Positions 40,026-52,171 of a stretch of DNA of 64,000 nucleotides are shown here, piece after piece. Each line of letters starts with the position of its first letter. The stretch's first letter is position 1. The DNA comes from Lingula anatina. Lineage: Eukaryota > Animalia > Brachiopoda. The translations under genes and the position numbers were made by a program. The DNA is taken from positions 10,912,001-10,976,000 of the forward strand of contig CM120643.1 in assembly GCA_051362555.1 (NCBI GenBank). Reading direction: 5' to 3'. The notes under the pieces were generated by a model. The model had not been told where the DNA came from. It made no database searches and saw only the letters and a program-made list of their open reading frames with translations.

Positions 40026-40468
40026 GGGCCCATTCCCAAAGAAACTATCGTTTTACGTAGATCGATGCAACCCTGGCTGATTGCAATCAAATAAACAGAT
40101 TAATACGTCCCATTTTGTTTCTATCATGCTCGTATAATCAACAGCATTTCGGTATTCTACTCAACACCAGGAGGAGGCGTGTTAGGGTGCATTCCCAGAA
40201 ATTTAGATCGATCCAGAGATTAAGATTTAGATCGACCTAACTCCCTGGGGGTTCAAACTAAATTGCAGTCAGCCGAGCGTGCACCATAGTTAATTACCCC
40301 CTTACAGCTTTGAGTAGGCGGGACAGACGCTTAAGCCGGCTAAGCTGACAGTAATCTAGTGAGACTCCCCACAGGGATAGATTGATCTAAAATCTATGGG
40401 AATGGGGTCATAGTCTGATAATCTGGGATCGATTTACATAGAACGATAATTTCATTGGGAACGAACCC
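40026..40468. mobile_element. Outer MITE of a nested pair
   Basis: GGGCCCATTCCCAAAGAAACTATCGTTTTACGTAGATCGAT pairs with ATCGATTTACATAGAACGATAATTTCATTGGGAACGAACCC. Confidence 0.75.
40185..40409. mobile_element. Inner MITE of the nested pair (same family as 351-465 and related to 25063-25284)
   Basis: GGGTGCATTCCCAGAAATTTAGATCGATC pairs with GATTGATCTAAAATCTATGGGAATGGGGTC; the internal sequence is shared with 351-430. Confidence 0.7.
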
Positions 40469-43400
40469 TTTGATCTTGTATTCAAACATCAGATATAACT
40501 GGCAAAGACTTGGTGTGAGTGGAAAATAGTTACTCTGTGCCAAAGTTAAAACACTATAACACAGTACATAAGGCCATCTTTAAGCGTGTGCGTATGTTTG
40601 AATGTGAATGCGTGCGTCCTAACATCCCTTACAAAATTAAATGGATATTAGTCAACGTCTGTGTCTCCATATAAACCAGAACAGTCTGTGTGCTCTGTTT
40701 TCATTTAAAGAATAATCAAATAAGTCTCTGAATACGACGCACATTTCCGTTGGTTTTATTTGTAGAATAGGTTTAACGTAAATACTGCATGTAGCAGTTG
40801 AGGGAGGTAGCTGTAATACATGGCTGAGCTGAAATTGTCACAACTTTTTAATACAACATTGTCCATATAATTTGTGGAGCAAATGACATAATTTTTTCCT
40901 TATATACACCTAAAACGTACATTTGGCTTCATTTTAAAGTTTTGCACGGACGCACTTTATATTGGTCTGCTCTTGAGTTGGAGATAATTCTCAGGAAAAA
41001 AACTATTGCGTATTGTGTTTGTGTCAGTCTTATTTCATTATATGAAACCAGTGCAAATAGATCATTTTGTGTGCGATGTAACAACCGTGTGCGACATAGT
41101 AATTCAACTAGTGGCACAATTAAACCATCTGTACTATCAATATAATAAAATGTTACAATATCATCTATGCATGTTGCATGTTTACATGTATACATATATC
41201 TATCTGATATGCTTTCATGAGAAAATGCGGCTTGAACCGGTTTTGAAACATAGTTTATTGTCATAGATGCCCTACTAATTTGAATTCTTAATATTCATTT
41301 GAAAGAAATCCAATAGATATTTCTACACTTACTAATCTTCTGTGCGTTCTGCTCGCCTTTTTAGAAAAAATTATAGAAACATATCGTCACCACTCGGATT
41401 ACCTTTGGCAGAAAAGTATTTTAATAACGTTAAACTTCCTTGCCAATGTGGATCTGCTAGACATTAACCCGATTTGATATACGTGTCCAATTAGTGTGCG
41501 TCTGTGTATTTTTATATGTTTAAGTTCAATTAAGATATGATGATATTAAACAATATCTGAAAATTAATAATGTATTTTTATCCATATTCATGATTTATAA
41601 GCTCAAAAATAACTGAAGTTGAAATCTTGCCATCTGGATTCCGCCATTTTGGATGGACATTTTTAAGTGATGTCACCATGGCAACTGAGGATGATACAAA
41701 CAAAACAATATCCCTTATGTTGGTTTTAGGCTATAATGAACGAATTCACCAATTTTCATCAAAATCTGATAGGGTCACGTGTCATCCTATTCTGAACCTT
41801 ACAAACGTCTAGCTATGAAGTAAAACAGACCCACTAGTTGAAAAGGCTTGTTTGATATTAGATCGGGCACTCTATTTACTCTCGTTGCCTGCGAGAACAT
41901 GCGGTAGGATGGTGTTGGACCCTGTATTCTATCATTTGCACGCCAAATATCGTTTATACTAGCACTATATTTGGAAACTTGGGAATCAATTTGACATGTA
42001 GCGTGGGGCTGCACGCGTGACAGGTGACGTCAAATGTTGAACCGAAATACACCAAGGTGTGTTTGATATAGCATTGTACTCTCTAAGATTGGACTCTCTA
42101 TGGACTTGCAGCGTAGCTATAAGAACGCGCCGTTGTGATATTGCACATCTCTCACTTGTCATTTTAGAAACACGACACATTTAAGAGGCATGTAGTTGGC
42201 GTATGTACAGTGTGTGAATGTGTAATATGACTCCATGTTATGAGGTAAAAGAAAACCTACGTGTTACTTAAGCTTGTTTTGTATAACACTGAAAGTCTAT
42301 AGTCTAGACAAAGGAGCGGCTAAGATAAAGAACCAGGTATACTGCATACACATACTGTATGTTATCGACATTACTGATATCAATGATATGGTTGGGGGAT
42401 TTGGCCGATCATTATGCCGTTAGATATCAGATGGGATGAGTGCGATATTGGATTTTACCATCTCATTGCAGTTAATGGAACCTCGTGCTTACACTCACCA
42501 GTGATAAAACGGTGTTCTGCAAGACATCTTGAAAGATGATTCACGTCAGTACATGTTTACATTTGTTTTCAATAAAACGCCATGCAATACACAAAGGCTA
42601 TAGAATTTTTTTTAACAAAAACAAAAGAACTAAAAGATATCGACTTTGTTCACGAATCATCTACATTGTACTTTATGTGATTTAAATAAGTTTGCAAAGC
42701 TTTGTCTGTACATATGAAAGTACGTACCATTTATCTTTCAGAAAGTGGCCAAGTGCGAATATCTGTGGTAAAGATGAGATAATTCATAAAACGGAAAACG
42801 TAGTTACCGTCTTATCAGTGAACGGAGTAAAGCCCATATACAAATCCATCGTCTTACACATTCATTCATTTATCTTTTCATAATTTTGCCTATCCCATCG
42901 TGTATAGAAATAGCGAAACGACCTTACGTGGCACCGGGTAACAAAAATCCAGACAAAGTTAAATGAAATGTATGGTGTTTGAACTTAATGCTTCCAATAT
43001 AGAATAAGGGACAGAAAAAATCTCTTCATGTATGGCATGCTGTCGGGACCGTACACCTTTATATTATGGGACCCTTATCCGCAAGGGATACAAAAAAGAG
43101 CTTGTTCTTTGAAAACAGTGTTATTCATGTCAACAATCATTTTGCATCGTAGCACGTAGTTGAGTTGAATATGTCAATTCATTCGCGCAAAGGCCTGGTC
43201 GCCTCTGTACTCTTTGTTTATACAAGCCGTGTCCTGTATTCACGCGCTCGATTAAGAGCACACAGAATCGAATACTCAATAAAATGGTTTGTCGAACCGT
43301 GCTGTTAAGAGACCAAACTCGTTGAAAACGGGTTTTATGTGTTTATGTATCGTTGCAAAATTTTTCAATGGGCGAATTGACATGGTCGTCAAAAAGCGCC

Positions 43401-46400
43401 TATTTTTTTCATTTAGCAAACGTATTATAAGGCAAGGTGAAAGGTGTACAAGCTGAATGCTATTTCATTTGTGAAAATTTTTACTCTTTTAAAGCATATT
43501 TTAAAAATAAGAATAGTGAGTGGAATATTCCCTTCTCTCTCTTAATCTTATTAAAGATGTCTAAACATGTAAGCCTGTGATAAGTTATATAAAAAACAAA
43601 AATACGGAAAAACGATTACTTAAAACCAGAGTAATTAAACAAGTTTTTAAACCAGTGGGTTACCAACGCCGGCATTTATACGTCTTCTGAATATTGAAAT
43701 AACCGATTTGCATTATTTACAGATGTTTCATTTAGTAAAACACGATGAAAAATAGATATACGTACACAATTTGCTTTTTATGAACTACGGTATGATACTG
43801 GTTATTATAGTTGCATATTGAAAATGAATGACAAACGCTTCAAGGCAAATGTCAAGTATTGCGTCCATTATTTTACCATTTGAGAAATATGTGTCCAAGA
43901 CCAGGTAACACGCCAACTAATAGCTCACAGTCCCTTTTGTCGGCCATTTTGTAAAAAAATTCTATCAGGACATACAGAAAGAAAAGCATTTCAGTTGTTA
44001 GAAAGGGAATCGTAACGTCGGAAAACAACCGTATAGTGATGCATTAGTCGATCTACTGGTTAATTCAATTGACGACAGCGTCAAAACATCTGTCGTTGAA
44101 GACAACACATTGATCCAATTAGAGGAAACCTTAGACATTTGTTCGTCATCCATGCTCGCCGTCTATGTGGTGATTGATTTGTTTAATTATCTTTATTCAA
44201 ATTTTTCAATTTTCGAAGGAAAATCTATTGGTTTTTGTAGAAACCTGTGTATTTTCGATACCCATAAAGTGTTCAGATTACAGGTAAAAAAAAATCGCTT
44301 TCCACTGTGTCTTGGAATTAAAATTCAATTCGAGGCAAAGGACGCAAAATTTTTGAAATTCACACATAGGGTATACTAATTCTAAAGCCTGTTGAAGGTA
44401 AGGGGTTCATTCATCTTTTTAAAGCAAACCCTTGAAGATTGCACAACACCTTCTCCATAGTAGTGTACACATATAAATATTCTTTACATTCATATAAAAT
44501 AAATAAAATTACGTGGAATCACATATTATCTAGTATTATTTATGTACACGCATTATTTTAACTACTAGCGCTTAATTCATAACGCATTTCTTAAATTTCC
44601 TTTATGAATAAATCAAATATGTGCTAGTGATAAGAAGTAAATTTGAATAATGGTATGTGCATGAATACATTTCACTTACGACAGACACCAGATTCAAATC
44701 TGCAAAATATCTCAAGGATTCACTATGCCATATCTCTAAACTAGACACGCTTTATATTTGTCGACCCGTATGACTGCATGCCGATTAGATTGAATTAAGT
44801 TGTTTTCTATGGATTACCCATAATCACAATACGAATCTCACTCCACGGTTTCAGCACACATTTTTGTTGCTCATTGGCCTCGGGTCTAGATACTCTCAAC
44901 CTTCAAATCCGATTTGTGCAAAATTAGACTGTTTCAAGGTGTCAGGTAAGCTGTACAAGCAATCAGCAGCTTATGCACCATGCGCACTTTATGTTGATGG
45001 CCATTTTTTTTTTTTGCATAATCCACGTTCTTTAAAGATGGTGCATTAGACTAAGCATAAACAATGACAACAAAGCAACAATGCAATCTCGACACAGTCT
45101 TACTTAACTCAGTTTACAATCTCAACACATCAGGAACGCAAGAACGAGCAGAGGCGTTAGGAAGACGAAAATAACATAGGTTATGCTAATTCCAACGCCC
45201 GTTGTACAGCTTACACATGTTATGTTTACACAGTACATGGGTATAAGTGGGGTTTCAATTTGTTGGTGCACGAATGGCGTCTGACAGACAGCCTGAATTA
45301 ACCACATCACGCAACGACCTTTACTGGGTCATATCAATTTGTCTTATATACGCTCATTATATAAGCTATAAACATATGCATGCTTAAAGAATACAGGCAT
45401 TGGGGGAATATTTATATATAAATATAGCATGGTAACGCACTCACAGGTAAGTCTGTTGTTGGTATTTTTGCCCATAGAAACCCCCTTTCCGGATGTACCC
45501 CTGTAATTTTATTGTTTTCGATTTGATGGGCACCTGATTCCCGTAATATAAAAGTGTCATGTCGGGAGCGTTATAAACCAGACAGCTGGGCGTATAGTCA
45601 GGCGTAGGTAAGAACAAATGAGTACGGATACAGAGAGACAGACCGACAGACAGACTAAAGTTTAACAGCCACACTAGCATAATCTTATGTGCAGCACTGA
45701 ATTGGATCAATAACTCAATAAAGTCTCTTGTTTACACATGCACGGGCAGGATGATGACGCATTTGGATTCCAAGTCGATAATTTCGGACTCGAGGCTTAC
45801 ACGAATCTTGATTCATCTCAACTCAGCGCCTTTGGTTAGTTACATGATCTAATCTACTGTCTCCATGGAATAATTTCAGAAATATCCTGGAAACGATTGA
45901 TTTGATGGTTTTCTTAAAATCATTCCCCTTGTATTGAGCGCAGCGATCACATACTCGTATGATTCATTACACGGGAGGTGTACACAAAGGCTTTTGTCGT
46001 CGCCGCCATTAACAAAGACCTGTGTGAAGCAGACGAACGTGCTCAGCATCGCTAGCGTCTTTGTGTGGGAACACAAAAGATATTGTGGCATTGTAGGACT
46101 GTCACGAATCCTTGGAAATGTTGCATATGTCGCCTGCGGCACTATATTGGTCGACATAAAGTTGTCCCAGTCCGGTTCCATTTCGTGAACATGTATAATA
46201 AAGCTATTAAACCATGGCCCAGCTGTATTTTATGTTTAGTGTCATGTAGTTGCTATTTTTTTTTCTGTGGCGATATTGGTGATAAACGCTTATGTTACTA
46301 CTTAATAAATCATTGATGGATGAGGGAGAGCTGGTTATTTTACCTGAAGTGATGATGACAATAAAATGGGGCGCTAAAATGGAGAGTTCGCCATGTAGTC

Positions 46401-47639
46401 CATCGCCTTTTTTATTATGCAGGAAATTGTAATTTTTGCTTGGATTTTAAATCATATTTTTCATTAAGAATTTACTGGTATGCTACTTGGACATGCCTAT
46501 AGCCAATATGTACATGTATATAAAGTTACATAGACTAAACTATGAAACAATACATTGATTTTTGGTGGGTATATTATTATACATCTCTTGATGAGAATAC
46601 TGAAGCCGGGTGTAAAAGTAACTACTTTTTAAAATCTTTCTATGTATATAATTGTATATGCATACAGTTTTGTGTCTTATTTTTGCTCGTCGTCGAATAT
46701 GACTATCAATACCATCACGAATGTATAACCAAGAATGTTTATCCAAAATTACCAAAATCAGGCTGGAAAATGGGCCCTAAAGTTGATTTATTCCCAGTGA
46801 CTGTGCATTTAATCAGACTGCCAATACCTGCATGTAGGCCTATATACAACATGCCGTATCCTTTTATTCGAATCATTTATAGGTTACAAAATATCTGCTT
46901 CCCTTGCCATTCCTCGGTGACTTTAAGTTTTGGCCCAACTATACATTTTTCGCGAAAATACATGTTTCTCAAGTCAATGTCGTGGTTTAACGATATATTT
47001 TACACACTCCTACATAATTTGCGTAACGATTATTTTTTGTTTCCAATAACTCGATAGCCTACCATCATTTACAGACAGGCATAGAATTCAACAGCATGGT
47101 GAACATTAGCTTTAAAGCTTTGTTAAACATTTCGCATTTTATACCCTGCACGCCAGTGACATGAGGCGATGTCCCATTTACTGGCCCCCGGGCATTTTTA
47201 CTATGACTCGCCTTCAGACTACGAACACATTAATACCATATGCATTTTGACTATGACTATGACTTTTGACTAAATAAGAAGTAAAAGCAACAAGAGAAAG
47301 TGATGACTTATTTTTGTCTCACGCGTTAGAAGCTATGGTTATATGTTACAGCTGCTTGTTGAGCCAGTTTAAGCGCACTCCGCTACCCAGGCCATCTTCG
47401 CCAACCAGGTGTCCGGTTTCACAACAAAGCCTATTTTAAGAGGCATATAAAATCCAACACATAGACTGTGGATATATAGGTGTCATAATGCACTCCTCTG
47501 ATTTTTCAAATCTTAAGATTCTAAAGCACTGGCTATAAAGATCACCATAATCCCTTAGTTTAAATATTTATTAAACAACTACGTGGCACTCTTTCCAAGT
47601 GATAAGTCAAAGATAAGATCAGCATATAACGCACATAGC

Positions 47640-47653
47640 GCGCCCCCTTGTGG
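47640..47653 (-). promoter_or_regulatory. CTCF-like core motif
   Basis: Minus strand CCACAAGGGGGCGC matches the CCASYAGRKGGCRS consensus with one mismatch, about 250 bp upstream of the inferred first exon. Confidence 0.4.
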
Positions 47654-47859
47654 TAGCCCACATGGTCTCGTGCAATATAGCGCCGAATGCTTGTGACTGC
47701 GAACTTCGAGCTCCGATGATTAATAGAGAATACAGCACAAAGAAGGCGAGTTTCGACATGCTACGAGTATTCAGAAAGACGTTATAACTTTCTTGAGTAA
47801 GTATGATAGTTTGTTGAGAGTTTAATGATCACGTTGCATAAAAGACAGCGGATGAAACT

Positions 47860-47943
47860 GGTTCTGTCGAAAGTTGGCCAATTCCACCTTCTACAAAATG
47901 GCCGCTCTACCCGCGGTGTCTTTGTTCGATGACACAAGTAAGT
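47860..47943 (+). promoter_or_regulatory. Probable TSS region / first non-coding exon of the zinc-finger gene
   Basis: YY1-type CAAAATGGCCGC at 47894-47905 followed by a consensus donor CAA|GTAAGT at 47938; CpG frequency falls sharply shortly downstream. The start coordinate is approximate. Confidence 0.45.
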
Positions 47944-48309
47944 TCTAACACTCACAACTGAGCCAGGTTAGGAGATTATTACTTGATATTTTTATGAAGT
48001 ATCGAGCATACAAAAGTAGATCTTTGCATGATGATTAGAGGCTTGGAGTACTGGGTTTCGATCGTGAAAGTTGTGTGAGTTTTATTCCAGTTTTGCGTCA
48101 ATATTGCCAAAGAGTTAATGGGTTTGGTTAAGCGTGATAATGATACTTGTATAACACGCGTGACAAACGGCATATCAAAGTCCAATTTGGGGCTGGAATG
48201 ACTGGCAACATTCTTTGATCGATGCGATTATTTAACTGTAAAGAGATTGAATTAACATGTTAGTGTATTTTATTGGTTGTTTTTTTTCTGTTGTTGTCTG
48301 GCTTCACAG

Positions 48310-48343
48310 GCTGCCTCCGCTCGGAGCGCCATCTTTAGGGATG
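48310..48343 (+). other. Candidate 34-nt 5' micro-exon
   Basis: T-rich tract and CACAG| acceptor; GC-rich body with GCGCCATCTT; ends ATG|GTAAAT. Confidence 0.25.
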
Positions 48344-49476
48344 GTAAATCTATAGAGATTGCGTGTGTGCATTATGTTTTATTGTGGCTCATTCCGTGGA
48401 ACATTTTATTGAAGGAAAATTGAGTATTGGTATTTTAACCATCATTAGTCTTCCATAATGTGTATTTTCCAAGAAAATTAGATATATATGAAAGAGTCTA
48501 CAATAGAAATTAATTATATTTTATCTGCAAGGTTGTAGGATTTGAAAAATAAAATGTTATTACTTTATGTTGTAATGTTTGCAAGCCAGCAAAATTTAAA
48601 TATATTTTCAACAAAACCATCAACTTAATTTAAAGAGAAAAAAGTTTGTGTCATCAGTTATTCATCTGTTTCACAGATGTACACCAAATTGGCAAATGTT
48701 TTTGATAATTTTTTTTTTGTAAGTGACATGGGTATCGACATTAGTTCCTTCACAGTGACTGTGCCAAATGTATTGGTCAAAGTAAAACACCAAGTTGAAA
48801 CTTCTGTATGTTGACTTATTTCTGGCATCCAGAATACCAAAGTATCAACACCAAGGATGAGAAAAATTTGGACTGTTGTTAATAATTCATTACTGATGCA
48901 ATATATATTGTATAACAACAAAGGTCAACTTAAGTTTGAAATTTTTTTAGAAACCAGCATTTAGAAAAAGTACAGTGGTACAACTTATCTCAGTTCTCAG
49001 TTGGGAGGAGGAAATAAAGAAGACTTACATCTGATGGTGGCAGCATTTGTTTTTACTTTATATGCTGATTGTGTTTCGAACAGTTAAATAACAATATCAC
49101 AACAGTAACATGAAAAAAAGTTACAATAGTAGATCAGCATCTGTGTTAACCATATTTATCCCATGAAAAAAAAATGACATTAACATTGACAAGGATGCAC
49201 ATGCTTTTTAGTGTTGAGATCTTCATGTAAGAACATTTTAAATATGTGAAATATATATACATACATACATACATACATATATACATACATACATACGTTT
49301 CCTGTAACATAATTTATTTACTTTCAATAAAAAAATTTCATTAAAAAAATATTACAGTTTCATCTTACATGGCATTATTACATACAGCCAAATAATACAC
49401 ACAGTTGAATATTTGAATAGAAGATCCTATAGAAATGCAAATTTGATAAATGTTGAATATATTTTTTAAGTTGTAT

Positions 49477-49794
49477 CAGACCTACCCAACTACCAGACTC
49501 GGCACCGAATGATCCTGAATTCACTGGTATATCGGACCAAACTACCCGTTTTCAAAGTGTGTGTCAGTACACGCTTCGAAGTATCAGTCACGACACCACT
49601 CTTGCCTAGTACGTGATATGATAGTGATGATTCTCAGAGGGGTTGGAAAGTAGTGCATCTCATCTCAAAATTTGTTCCGTGGTATGATACTGTAAAATGC
49701 GTACTGACACACACCTTGAAAACGGGTAGTGTGGTCCGATCTACAGGTGAATTTGGGATCATTCTGTGCCGAGTCTGGTAGTTAGGTAGGCCTG
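49477..49794. mobile_element. MITE with inverted arms of about 95 bp and CAG...CTG ends
   Basis: CAGACCTACCCAACTACCAGACTCGGCAC..ACTACCCGTTTTCAAAGTGTGTGTCAGTAC pairs with GTACTGACACACACCTTGAAAACGGGTAGT..GTGCCGAGTCTGGTAGTTAGGTAGGCCTG. Confidence 0.85.
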
Positions 49795-49796
49795 TG

Positions 49797-50395
49797 TGTA
49801 ACACCAAGCCGTTGTTACGTTTCTAGAGACTCACTACAATCTGTGTGATCTCTACCTTTATTCTGTACAATCCAGGTATTGGTGTCACTGGTCCACTTCT
49901 ATCTGCTGACTATATGTTCTACTCTACACTACTTCTGACTACTTCATGTGAAGACACAAGACTCTAATATGACAGTATATTGCAAACTCTTCTCCTTATA
50001 TACTAATACACAAGGACAATTACATTACAGTGATTCCTTAAGCAAGTCAGAGATATTGAAGCCAATTAACAGAATTAAGACATATTGCAGGAGACCTTTA
50101 ACACAATTAGACCAAGGCTGATTTAAACTTTAACTAGAAGATGAAGCCATAAATGAAGTTGTTCAGTCCTGAAAACATCCTGCAGAACTTTAATGTAATT
50201 TTAACTTGGACATCTAAATACATTTATTATACACTGACATCTGACTTGATTTGTGTAGAAGTTTAATGTAATTTACTTAAATATTCACTTAATATAATTT
50301 TAGGACATCTAAATATAATTTAATTACATATAACTTGAACTAAAATAGGGATTTTCTGAAATTAAATTTGGCCATGAAATCACCTCTATGATACA
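49797..50395 (-). repeat. 3' LTR (TGTAAC...GATACA on the plus strand)
   Basis: Identical by eye to 53369-53967 except for one G/A difference at position 15 and the last 2 nt. Minus-strand TATA-like TATATAAG near 50000 and AATAAA near 49860. Confidence 0.95.
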
Positions 50396-50413
50396 TCCCT
50401 GGGGCCCTTTTAA
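50396..50413 (-). other. Polypurine-tract-like sequence abutting the 3' LTR
   Basis: Minus strand AAAAGGGCCCCAGGGA|TGTATC; imperfect because of the internal C run. Confidence 0.5.
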
Positions 50414-51000
50414 ATATGTCCTCATATTTACCATGAAATCACCGTCACTATTTGGGAGTTTGCTTATAAGGCCAATATCTTGTACATAAATTGAATATTG
50501 AATGATAAGCATTGGTAAGGACATTATATTTAAAAGCAGTATGGAATAATGATAATACTAGTATGTATATTACAATACTTCACATTTTGAAGGAAAGATA
50601 TTGAATAAATTTAGTTTTATGCAATATTATTTAAGCATTTAAGGGTGCATATAAGAAATAAAATATATGTATCATTACTATTACCATAATAACATGTAAT
50701 ATTACATTCATGAAGAATTGAAAAACAGTTATATAGCACATATCTATATTTACACATTACAAGCTAAGGTATACATTGCATTTAACATTTGTATGTATCA
50801 GTTCCATATGTCTAAATAAACTTCTCTACAAATATATACATGTACCAATACTGAAATGGTATAGTGGGAACCTCTTTGTCCAGCTATCCCTTGTAATTTA
50901 TTGTAAATGCACAGCAACAATATCAATCAATTCAAGCATTTTGATATGTTTTGGATAAACTTTTTAACTTATTCTTATTTGTCTCCCATTTTGGAGATAT

Positions 51001-51660
51001 TTACTCTGAGCCACTGTTGTGAGGAGTGATTGTCATTGGAGTTATGAAACCATGATGTTCTACAAAGAAGTGTGCTTCGTAAGGGTGTTGTAGTAACTTT
51101 TTGAGGTACCAGGCTACATGAGGCAAGACACTGATAGTTGAGGGCAATGGGCAATCTTCATTTGTTTTTACATTTGTAATGTGAATGTCGTCCCATTCTA
51201 AAAGAACTGTGGGCAAGACTATTTTTGGAACTTTCTAATCATAAATGGAAGAACTGATCTTTTATGCTTTTTATTTGGCAAGATCCTTTTGATTCTTTCC
51301 AGTTGTTGTGCCATGTTCTTACTGTTTCTATAAATTTCCTTTTTATTCTTCTAAACATTTATCTACATCTATGCCTTTGACATTGTGACAGATTGTAAAG
51401 AGGTTGAACTAATACACATGGTAACTGATTATGTAACCAATAATCTGTAGCAACCCTTACATTCTATTTTTCTTCTATAAGAACCCCATAATTTACCCGA
51501 TGTACTGTATCAGCTTTCACTGGCATTAATGTTGCGAATATGGTGATGCCTATCAGTATATGCAGCAGCTTAAAAATTGTATGCTCTTGGGTCTGGGTTG
51601 ACTGTGTCCTTTCCTTGCAAAAACATCCTTTGGTACCAGAAGAAAGTTGTGTGAAATAAC
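51001..51660 (-). pseudogene. Internally deleted envelope gene remnant (errantivirus Env / baculovirus F-like)
   Basis: Manual translation gives a hydrophobic signal FKLLHILIGITIFATLMPVKA, then DTVHRVNYGVLIEEK*NVRVATDYWLH. In another frame ERIKRILPNKKHKR|SVLPFM (51240-51269) resembles a furin-type site plus fusion-peptide start. The 71-aa ORF 51001-51216 is a likely C-terminal tail. Family assignment is from recalled motif resemblance, not a search. Confidence 0.65.
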
Positions 51661-51944
51661 AGAGTTTTGCCGCCTACATCGACATTGGTGCCTGCACCTT
51701 TGTGAGTATTTGTCGAAAGAAATGAAAGAAAAGAAAGGAATAGATGGTACCTTAGTTTGTTAATGCGTGGTTAGGTTACAGTCTTGGGGTTTGTACAACA
51801 TGCAGTTTGTAACTTTAAGATTCTATCTAGTGTTTCTAATTCTTCTATCTGCCAATAATACTAGTAATTTCTCCTTCTCTGTACCTGCCCTATTCACTTA
51901 TGTGTACAGATGTAGCTTCTACTTCTTTAACCTGACAACTGCTG

Positions 51945-52171
51945 GTCGTTTTTTCCTTACTTTGCCCTTGAAAGTTTTGGTATTGTGAAACTCTCTTTTT
52001 ATCTGCTCTGGTACCATGTGTCGTAATGGCATTGACTTAAAGCTTACCTACACTAATTTCTACCAAGTTGTGTTCCAATGGATTCCCTTTTAACAAGGCT
52101 GAAATGTCTATTTGTGGTTGTTCCAAAATTTTGTTTGAATTGACCAATTGTTTATTACTGCGCACATACCC
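51945..52171 (-). pseudogene. pol remnant: protease N-terminus joined to the extreme integrase C-terminus
   Basis: In frame after the gag TAG: GYVRSNKQ..HNLVEISVGKL*VNAI, which stops where the D-T/S-G active site is expected. After about 52020 comes VPEQIKREFHNTKTFKGKVRK, resembling a Gypsy Pol C-terminal tail. No RT, RNase H or integrase core is present. Confidence 0.55.

Noticed and set aside
41620-41800. Repeat-like stretch with CCGCCATTTTGGAT, CCATGGCAAC and TTTCATCAAAATC
   Set aside because: It resembles common invertebrate non-autonomous repeats, but no termini or second copy were found in the window.
46542-47057. 171-aa ORF
   Set aside because: Its Y/F/I/C-rich composition is typical of random AT-rich DNA, with no recognisable domain or splice context.
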